DNA from: Azolla caroliniana
Lineage: Eukaryota; Plantae; Polypodiophyta
Assembly: GCA_043228905.1 (NCBI GenBank)
Contig: JBHGNT010000008.1
Location: forward strand, 10,788,001-10,852,000
Length of the DNA stretch: 64,000 bases
Direction: 5' to 3'
Below are positions 26,933 through 37,400 of this stretch, piece by piece. The notes below the pieces were generated by a model that worked only from the letters and a program-made list of their open reading frames with translations, searched no databases and was not told the DNA's origin. The translations under genes were made by a program, and so were the position numbers. How positions within the stretch are numbered: the stretch's first letter is position 1; each line of letters opens with the position of its first letter.

Positions 26933-27700
26933 TGTAAAAGGATACGTTGTGTGGAAGCTTGTGCGTAAGACACAGAGTACATAGTTCGGGAGAATAAGAT
27001 AGTTCGATAAAACACAGAAAACGCAAAGATGGAGATGGAGGGGGAGAGAGAGAGCGGACAACAGAAAAACTCAGATTCAAAATTGTAAAAAGCATAGCAT
27101 GCGGAAGCAAGTAGGAAACCGAACACAGAGAATATGTAGGTTTAATGGAGATCTTGAAAATACATAGTACGTGGGAGAGACAGAGAGAGAACACACAGAA
27201 AAGTCAATTAAAAAATAATACTCAATCTGTACATAGGATGTGCTCAGTGAGCACTTTTATACAAGTCCATACGGACTGACATAAGTACTGACACGTACTT
27301 CAATGCTCATAAATGAGCTCTACACGAACTCCCAAAATATATTCCTACGCGGAATATCTCTCCAACGGCCTGGCGGTTTACGCACCGCTATGGCTTCTCG
27401 TTGCATACCGGTTTACGCACCGGTTCGGCCTAACCAATCGATCCCAACCGATCCGGTTCTAGGCTTGCATAGCCGATCTGGCCAATGTTGAGCTTGTATC
27501 TCAACACTCCCCCTCAAGCTCAACTTGAGGTTCCATCCGCTCTTCCGGATCTGCGCTTCGGTTCCTTCGGGCTTCACGCCTCGCTCGCGCTCCTCGACCT
27601 GGTCGATCCCGCGCACCTCTACCCTTCCGATCGGCTTGTCTGCTCACACGGCCCTTCTCATCTTCCTTGATGTTGTGGTGTTGTCACCTCTTCTGCTTCC

Positions 27701-30700
27701 TGTTACCCGGTCGGCAAAGGAGCTAAGGACGGCAAAGACCAAGGTGTGAAAAGGGGAATTGTTATTTGGGAATTTGTTACCGTCGCCGCATGACACAAAC
27801 TCTAATTTTGCTGTTTTTCTTTGGTACGACTACTATCAGGCTTAGCCATGTAGATTTCTTTACTGGGCGGATAAAGCCAACCCTCAGCAACTTGTCGATT
27901 TCCTCCTTGACTTTGGCAGCGTAATTTGGATTCATCCGTTACCGCCGTTGTGCTACCGGTTTGGTGTCTTTGCTCAAATGTATCTGATGCTGATATAGCT
28001 GAGGATCGAGCCCTCGCATATCCTCGTAAGACCAGGCAAACACGTCCTGAAATTCTTTGAGAAGTGTAATCATCGCCGTTTTATTCTCCAGAGTCATTTC
28101 CTTGGCGATGTGCAATGGTCTCGCCTCTTCTATAGTTCCTAGATTTACCTCCTCTAGTCGGGATGCTTTAACCCGTTGCGATACGACCATTTCTCTTTCC
28201 AGTGCCTCCTGTGCTTGCCGTAGCTCTCGGATCACTTCTTTATTTGGTTCCTCGTCAGCTCCGTCCGGTTGTAGTATGTATGGTGATACGGCTTCGGCTA
28301 CGTCGATTTTGAACAGAGGTACGATCTTCGGATTATCCTGCAAATATTGATCTACCTCTTCGTCTGCTAATCCGTCCAGCATATTGACGCATTTGGCATA
28401 TAGGGGTGTCAATTCCTTCCCGGTACCCGTCCGTGGTTGTGTCGGTACCCGTACTTTTGCTTTTCCCCGCCGGAAGGTGATTATATTCTTCCTCCAGTTT
28501 TGTTTAATGTGTGTCGTTTTCAACCACGGCCGCCCCAACAATAGTGGCTAAGCTCCTTGTGCCTGTAGTTGTAGCACTACTGCCGAAATGCGAAATGTGT
28601 GGCCGTCGATCGTTACTTCCAAATCTCATATCAAGCCGGTCGGTCGCACTGAGCTTGTATCCGCCATCCGCAACCAGAACAGGCATGGTTCCCACTCTTG
28701 GATTCCCAAGGTTTTGCACTTTCGGAGGCTAATCACATTGACACCGGATCCTCCATCTATTACTGTTCCGAGTAACTCCTTTCCCTTCACGATGGCTGTG
28801 ATTGCAAGACTGTTTGTGTCTAATACTGTCGGTCCCTCCTCCGGATTTGAGAAGAATGTTAGAGCTGGTGGTGTTTCTCCTGCCGTCATGCCTGTCTTGA
28901 GTCCTTCTGTGAATCTAGGCACTAGCTGCAGGAGCCGTCCTAATGGCAGCGTGATTTGGTATTCCTGCAATGCCTGCCATGTCGCATTTTCGGGCTGATT
29001 GCTACCGGTGAGCTCTTCGGTATTTTGGTTTTGCTGCGCAAGCTCTGCCATGTTTCGCGCATTCGTGTTTTCTACCCATTCTGTTGCCTGCTTGCGGATG
29101 GCCTCTTGCGCCTCCCATTCCGTCGCCTTACCCTTCGATCTTGTGGTTACTTGCTGCAGGTTTGCGACTTCGGCGACTACCATGTTCACCGCCGGTCGTT
29201 TATCATAGCTCTTTGCCGGGATTTGATTACTATAATGTCCTTCTTGTTGGCAATAGTAGCAATATGATTTCCGGGTAGTGCTGGATTCGACGTTGTTTCC
29301 TGCCCCCGATGGAGGACCTGTGGTAACGGCGGGGCTTTGATCCGGTTGGCTGCTTGAGGCGCCCTTCTCCGGTTCCCGTAGGTAACCCCTTTTCTTGAAA
29401 TGGCGTTTCTTTTTGTTCCGATACTCTTGACGAGGTTGGTCATCATGTCTCCCGTAGGCTTCCCGTCATTGGTTGTAACCGGGGGATTCGTCCCGATTGT
29501 ATCTTTCATACCGTCCATTATGATCCCGGTACCGATCATATCTATCATACCGGTCATACTTGTCCCTGTACCGAACATCTTGTGCCGGTCGGTATCGTTC
29601 TTCTCGCCTCCAACGTTCTTCTTCCTCCTCCTTGGTACTCCGTGGTTCGATTTGCTGAACCGGTGGTGCTTGGCGATTCAACAAATTGTACTCACACTGC
29701 TCCATTTTGTGGTTCCTGGAATGGCACAGTAGACATTGCGACCGCATGGTACATTCTAGTACTGAGTGTCCGGCATTTAGGCATGTTGTGCATTGAATGG
29801 CATGTCGAAACCGGAGATCCTCATCGGTTGGTAATGCTTGTTGGAGTTCTCTAACCCGGTCGATGACCTGGTCGACAGTACTTGTGCGAAAGTCGATGAC
29901 CGTGCATACCGTACGTAGAGGTTCCCGGAGCGCGGCTAAGAATATTGCCCGTGTTTCTTCTTCCGGAGGTGTTCGGGTAAGCTGACTGTGCATCCGTTGA
30001 AACCGGATGACAAATTGCGGAATGCTCTCCCCAGGGTCCTGCCGGATGGTATAAAATAGGCCCACCATTTCTCTCTGGTCCACCTCCTTCTGAAAGAAGT
30101 GCAAGAATTTAACTTTAAGGTCCGCAAAGGTGGTGATGGTGTTGGGGTCCTGCGTCCGGTGCCATCTGGTGGCTGGTCCTTCCAATGTCACGCCGAATTC
30201 GGCTATCTTAGATCGTTCCTCTTTGGTTGTGGTTAACCGTTGTGACACATGGTTTGCCTCCCATGTTTGTTGAAAAGCGTGAACATGAGCCTCCGCGTCC
30301 GGGTCATCCCTATACTTAGGGTACTAGAATGGCATGTCGTCGTCTGGTGCGCGGGCTGTCGGTGCGCGGGCTGGCGGTGTCGGTGGTCTTTCCTGCTCTT
30401 CCGTCGGCGTCAGAGGTCATTGCTAGTCCTCTATCGGAGTCGGAGGTCTTTGCCAGTCCTCCTTCGGTGTTGTCGGCTCGACTTCCGGTGTCAGAGGTCT
30501 TTCTTTGTCCTCTTCCGTCTCCGGAGGTTGCTCCACGTATAGTGCCGGAGGTTCTCGGTCTGTCAATTTTGGTTCCGGTGTCGGTAATGTATCCGACTCC
30601 TCATCCTCCGTTCCTCTTGGGGTGTCGTTACTGTTGCGATAGTTCGTGTGCGTGCTGTAACCCCCTTCCGAATCCGATTCCAGCGCCGAAAATGCTTCGG

Positions 30701-31471
30701 ATTCGCCGTCTCTTCCGGTCAAGGCCTGGAGAAGGGATTCCACTTCCCGAAGACTACTTAAGTTGCTTCCTTCGTCCGGGTAGGCGTTATGTTGCAAACG
30801 GAGTGACTCCTCCGCCACTTTCCGGATCACTTTGGAAAATGATTGATCCGATCGGATTTCTTCTGCCGCTTGCTGGAAAGCCTCTCGCCGCCTTCGCCGT
30901 TCAGCAAGTCTTCGTGCTCTCTTCGTAATCGGGTCGTCTGTTGGCCTAGTCATCCATTCCCGCCGTTGTTCACTGCGATTATGCAAGAATCGTGGTCGCC
31001 AAAAACTGTGTTAATCCTTAGGGCCGAACATTAGCCTAACACAAGGTGTCCACTCAAGACACGTCACCAAAGAGTGTTACGGCGAGATAACTTACGACAC
31101 AACGCTTAATTGGACCTTAATCGGTTACTTAGCAATACGTCATTAACACGCATAAGATATACAATAAGCACAAAATGGTGAACAATACTCAATGATTAAA
31201 CAAAAGGTTTATATTACTCTATATTAATGACTACATTGTAACCGGGCCTTTATATAGGTCACTGGTGCGAAGTACAAAACGGTGCCAACCGGCACCTATT
31301 CGAGATCGGTTCGGATCCGGATCGGCATACCGATTCCGGTCCGTCCGTCCACATCTTCTCATATATTAATATATATTTAAGACTAGTAATTTCAACAGAT
31401 TCCCTAATAACAATTCCCCTTTTCACACCTTGGTCTTTGCCGTCCTTAGCTCCTTTGCCGGCCGAGTAACA
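27701..31471 (-). mobile_element. Gypsy-derived element T: one LTR, gag, PR and truncated RT, bounded by 78-bp terminal inverted repeats
   Basis: TIRs 27701-27778 and 31394-31471 (74/78 identical); TG...CA ends; TSD CTTCC on both sides; gag ORFs 30423-30986 and 29466-30248 (CCHC knuckles); PR (VIDGGSGVNVI); RT start (FQDVFAWSYEDM, VVPKKNSKIRVCV). Confidence 0.92.
30991..31001 (-). promoter_or_regulatory. Putative PBS of T (tRNA-Arg-like), next to LTR about 31009-31471
   Basis: Minus strand TGGCGACCACG; as I recall it, the plant tRNA-Arg(UCG) 3' end is GUGGUCGCCA, a 10-nt match. Confidence 0.6.
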
Positions 31472-34400
31472 CTTCCTTCTTTTCCGCTTGGCCCTTGGTT
31501 GATTAAGCGTATCCGAATCAAACATCTGAACCGACTCGGCTTCCTCTAAATCGGTTTTCGCTCTCGTCTGAGTTGGTTATCTCCAACTCTTCTTCAGTCT
31601 TCTCGCCCTTGATGGCTTCATCTTCCCCATGCTTGGTTGTCTTCGGCTCTTCCTTTCGACTGCTCCCCTTATGTCCGCTTTTGGAATCTTCCGCGGATCT
31701 GCCCTCGGCTTCTTCAGCTGATCCGAAATCGAATTTGTCATCCGACTCGGCGTCGCGGTCTTCCGGAACTTCTCTCCCCCTTCTGTTGTCATTCGTGACA
31801 TCTCTCCCCCTCAAATTTGGCACACCGAGATGACGCAAGCCAAGCGTACCGGAGAATTGCCACAACTTGTATAGACCAAGAGGCTTGGTGAAGATGTCAG
31901 CGGTCTGCCGATCCGTCGGAACATACTGAAGTTCGACTTCACCGAAGAGAACATGCTCACGGACGAAATGGTAGCGCACCTCAATGTGCTTAGTCCGGGT
32001 GTGGAAGCCGGGGTTCTTTGCTAGCTGGATGCTGCTGAGGTTGTCGCAATAGATTGACGTTGGATCGAATACCTCCACCTACAGATCCTTAAGTAGCCGC
32101 TTCAACCATATGGCTTCACATGTCGCGACAACCGCTCCTCTATACTCGGCTTCGGTGCTCGACAGTGCAACTGTCGCCTGCTTCTTGCTACTCCATGTGA
32201 TCGTGGCACTCCCAAGACGATCAGCGATCGATGACGTTGCCGGCCTAGTTGGCATCGGTGTAGCCGACCAACTATAAGGTTGTACTGGTCCGATATAGTA
32301 GCCCCGGTCCTTAGTTCCGCTTACGTACCGCAGTACGCGTTGCACACACTGAAGATGCTCCTCGATAGGTCACGCCATGAACTGGCTAATCATCCCGACC
32401 GGGTAACTGAGGTCGGGTCGGGTGATTGTCAAGTATATGAGGCTACCAACTATCTGGTAGAACCTCGTCGGGTTGTATACCTTCCCGGAATCGAGGTGAA
32501 GCTTGACGGTTCTATCCAGAGAAGTCGAGATGGACTTACAGTCTACCATCCCTAATTTGAAGAGCATACTCAGCACGTAATGCCGTTGGCTAATCAATAT
32601 GCCTTGGGGGGTGCGGATCACTTCGATCCTGAGGAAGTAATGAAGGTTCCCCAGATCCTTCATGTTGAATGATGCCGCAAGCTACAGCTTCACGTGGTTG
32701 ATTTCACTTAGGTCGGCACCGATGATGACCAAGTCATCAACGTAAAGCAGAATACTAATTGGCCCGAGTCGACCTTTCCGGATGAACACTGAGGAGTCCG
32801 ATTTCGACGTCGCAAAAGCCCATCCGATGCAGTTGCTACGTGATCTTTGTGTTCCAGGCACGCGGGGCTTACTTTAGTCCGTAAAGGGACTTCTTCAATC
32901 GGCACACCGCCAAAGTGTTCGTTCCGGAGTGAAATCCGGGGGGCTGGACCATGTGCACCTATTCCTCAAGCTCACCTTGCAAGAACGCATTCTTTATATC
33001 CATCTGATGTAAGTGCCACCCTTTTGCTGCAACTACCGCAAGCAAAACACGGACGATCGTCATCTTTGCGCGTAGCCTTTTGCTACTAACCGGGCCTTGT
33101 ATCGGTTGACCGAGACGTTAGTGTTGTACTTAACCTTGTACACCCACCTACATCCGATCGGCTTCACACCTTTCGGCGCGTCAACCAGGTCCCAGGTTTC
33201 ATTTTCCGCCAATGCGCGCATCTCTTCCTCCATTGCGGCACGCCAATTCGCGTCCTTCGCCACTTCTGCGTAGCTCTCCGACTCACGCACTTACGCTACA
33301 TGTGTCATGTACGCATAGTGATGCGCCATGTACTCGTTGTAACTGAACCGCACAACAGGGTTCCTATGGCGGGTAGATCGGCGCAATTGCTCATTAGCCG
33401 AAGTTGAGGCTTTCGTGGCCGACGTGGACTTCGTTCTAGAAGACCTGTCATCACTTCCCTCGGAGTCGGACTCACATCGATCTGACTCATTCCTATCCGT
33501 GCCATAATACGACACCTTCTTCTTCCCTTTTTCCTTGCGTGTAAGTCGTCTCCTCGGCTTCCTGCACGGGGAATGCACGGTCGAGTTTCCACTACTCGCT
33601 GGATCTTCATCGGACTGATCGAATCGACTCAATCGTCCATTCAATCCGCTTAAGCGAAACGAAATCGAACTCTCTTCGCGGGTCCCGATTTCAGGCTCAT
33701 CTGGAGGTATCTCGGACTCGCTGACCTCATCATCTAAACTCGGATTGGAGGTGAGGTCCGGAGTCGGAGGAAAGTACCAAGGCGTAGACTCATCAAACAC
33801 AACGTCGCGGCTCATGCGCGGTTGTTTGGTACGAGGGTTATAACACTTATAACCCTTTTGCTCATCCGAATAGCCGACCAAGATACACTTCTCAGCTTTC
33901 GCATCCAACTTCCTCTATTTCTCCTTCGACACATGCACATATGAAATGCTACCGAAAACTCTCAAGTGTCGTAGATTCGGCTTCGTTCTGAAGTATAGCT
34001 CATGCGCAAACACTTTGTCTCCGATCCGATTCTGGATATACACCGCGGTTCGTACAACCTCGGCCCAATAGAACTTGGGCAAGCTCTTCTCCTCCAGCAT
34101 TGCCCGTGCCGCTTCCACAACTGACCAATATTTCCTTTCGGCAACGCCGTTTTGCTCCGGCGTATATCTGCAACTGAATTCGCGTCGAATTCCGATATGT
34201 TGTAGATACCCATTGAATTGACCGGAAAAGTACTCTTTTCCACCATCCGACCGCAAGCACTTGATCTTTCTTCCTATTTCCCTTTCGACGAAACCCTTGA
34301 GGTCCCGGAAATAGTTGAAGACTTCACTCTTCTTCTCAGTGAGGTAGATCCACGTGTGCTGCGTATAGTCGTCGATGAAGGAGACAAAATATCGACTCCC

Positions 34401-37400
34401 GCTAAGACTAACGTTCTGTGTCGGAGCCCATACATCGGAATGTATCAAGTCGAGCTTGTTCCGGCTCCGGTTACACTCGTTGGGGAAAGGAAGTCGGTGT
34501 TGCTTCCCTAGCTGGCAGGCTTCACAAATTTGTGCCTTCTGGCCACTAAATTTGGGCAATCCGAACACCACTTGTTTCAATTGTAGGTCCTGAAGCCATT
34601 GATAGTTGACGTGGCCTATCCGCTTGTGCCATAAGTTGATATCCGACTCGACTTTTTGTCCTTTCGCGAAAATTATGATGCCACCGTCACTAGAGTCGAG
34701 GATAAACATCATGTCGTCTCTGCGCCCTTACGCAATAACTTGGTCCTCGATGAAGCACCCTAGATGCGTGAACCGGACTTGCATCCCCTGGTCGACGATC
34801 TTTCCGACCGACACCAAGTTCTTTGTGATTGTCGGGACGTGTAACACCTTCATGATTTTCCCTTTTTGCCCCACATGGCTCAAGGGAACTTCACCGACAG
34901 TCGCGATCGGATGCGGAGTGTCGTCTCCGGTTGCGACTACTCCCGATTGCATCGGTTTCTCAAGGTATGAGAAACGTCATGTGGTTTGACGCGCCGGAGT
35001 CAACATACCACACCTCATCCGATTTCGGGGTGGACTTCTTCATCGAGTTCGCTTCATGTCTCGTCACGAAGGCTAACCCATTTCCGGATCCTTCGGCGTA
35101 GTGCGATCGTTGCCGATTACCCTTGTCAGTCTGTCCAGAACCTAATCTAGACCCGGTTCTCTCCGAATCGGCACGCTTTTTCCAACACTCGCTCTCCCTG
35201 TGGCCTTTCTTGCCACAGTACCAACATTCCATGGTGGATTTCCCTTGTCAGCTCTCATCGCCTCGACTCCCCTTATTTCTAGAGGGTCTGGAGTTGTTGT
35301 CGGCATCACTTCGATGCCTTCTTCCTTGGTCCCGTCAGCCGCCTCCATTGCGCACCAACTCGCCTCGTCCGCCACGACCACGGGGCCTATCTCCCTCCGT
35401 GTACAACATCTTGATGTCGGCATGCGTGCTCGTCGACGCACCCGCGTGGTTCTCCTCTATAAGGAGCATCGACTGTAGGTCAAAAAACGACGGCGTATTC
35501 TCCCGTGTACACACAGCAGTTCGGAATGCTCCGAACTTCGTTGCCAGTTCCCCGAGATAGATCTGCACCATCTCGCCTTCCTCGACGTTCACATCGACGG
35601 AGGGTAAGGAGTCACATATATCTTTGATCTTCGAGGTGTAATCAGCCACCGACAAATCGCGTTGTCGTAAGTTGCTCAACTCCTGTCGGAGTTGAAGCTT
35701 TTCCTGGTTGTGGTGCTTGCAGCGAAAATCTTCTTCAGATTTCCCCAAGCATCTTTCAGTGTTTTTGCATCCCGAATGTAGGTTAGGAGTTGTTCGCCCA
35801 CACAAGATGCAAAGCAGCACAATACTCTGCTCGCCGACTGTTCCCATGCCGGGAAATCTCTATGTATCGATTCGGGTATTGTGTCATTTGCTCCGTCGAC
35901 ATAGCTCCAGTAACCGTGCCCGAGCAGGTACCGGTGCATCTTGTATGACCAAGATGCGTAGTTGTTTTTGTCGAGCTTCTCCATCGGAAGCGAGCTAGCC
36001 ATGCCTCTATCCATCGGTTTTACCTGTTCTTCTTGGTTGGTTTTTCTTTCAAGCTATGTCGGCTGCAAAGGTTCTCAACCCTCGCGCTCTGATACCATGT
36101 AAAAAGAATAGCATGCGGAAGCAAGTAGGAAATCGAACACAGAGAATATCCAGGTTTAATGGAGAGCTTGAAAATACACAGTACGCAGGAGAGACAGAAA
36201 GAGGACACACAAAAAACTCAATTCAAAAATAATACTCAATCTGTACATAGGATGCGCTCAATGAGCACTTTTATACAAGTCCATACGGACTGACATAAGT
36301 ACTGACACGTACTTCAATGCTCATAAATGAGCTCTACACTAACTCCCAAAATATATTCCTACACGGAATATCTCTCCAACGGCCTCACGGTTTACGCACC
36401 GCTACGGCTTCTCGTTGCGTACCAGTCTGGGCACCGGTTTACGCACCCGGTTTTCGCATCGGTCCAGCCTAACTAATCGATCCCAACCGATCTGGTTCTC
36501 GGCTTGCACAGCCAATCCGGCCAATGTTGAGCTTGTATCTCAACAAAAATAATGACTCTGTTTGTACACAGTGCTCAGTGAGCACCTTTTATACAAGCCC
36601 TGATTATCGGGCTAACACAAGTACTGACAGTACCTGAATGCTCATAAATGAGCCTACTACACTAACCCCCAAAATTATTCCTTTACGATGAATAACGCTC
36701 TAACGGCCTCTTCGGTTTTCACACCGATGCGGCCCTGTTGTGCGTACTTTTTCACGCACCCAGTGTACGCATTGGGTTACGTTGTGCACCGAATGTTGAG
36801 CTTGTCTCTCAACACTCCCCCTCAAGCTCAACTTGAGGTTCCATCCGCTCTTCTGGATCTACGCTTCGGTTCCTTCTGGCTTCACGCCTTGCTTGCGCTC
36901 CTCGACCTGTTCGATTCCGCACGCCTCGACCCTTTAGATCGGCTTGTCTGCTCACACGGCCCTTCTCAGCTTCCTTGATGTTGCGGTGTTGGCGCATCCT
37001 TCGCTGCCCTTTTCTCTGCATGGCCTCTAGTTGATTCAGCGTATCTGAATCAAACATCCGAACCGACTCGACTTCCTTCGATCGGTTTTCGCTCACGTCT
37101 GAGTTGGTTGTCTCCAACTCGTCTTCGGTCTTCTCGCCCGTGATGGCTTCATCTCCCCCATGCTTGGCTGGCTTTGGCTCTTTCTTCCGGCTGCTCCCCT
37201 TGTGTCTGCTTTCAGACTCTTCTACGGATCCGCCCTCGGCTTCTTCAGCCGATCCGAAATCGAATTCGTCATCCGACTCGGCTTCGCGGTCTTTCGGAGC
37301 TTCTCTCACCTTTGGGACGCCTCTCCCCCTCGTGTGGTCATTCGGGACATCTCTCCCCCTCAAGTTCGGCGTGTCGAGGTGACGCAAGCCAAGCGCACCC

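Larger units (their letters stand above)
27084..36545 (-). mobile_element. Full-length C-family copia G, interrupted by element T
   Basis: LTRs 27084-27506 and 36098-36545; perfect TSD AAAAT; PBS TGGTATCAGAGC 36086-36097 directly abutting the LTR; gag (KLDKNNYASW), knuckle, PR (WYVDSGAS), INT (LWHKRIGH, CEAC, IHSDVW, RSDGGKEY), RT, RH. Confidence 0.95.

Noticed and set aside
27701-31471. DIRS, Ginger or Mutator-type element
   Set aside because: No tyrosine recombinase, integrase or transposase inside; one TIR is simply part of a full LTR followed by PBS-gag-PR-RT.
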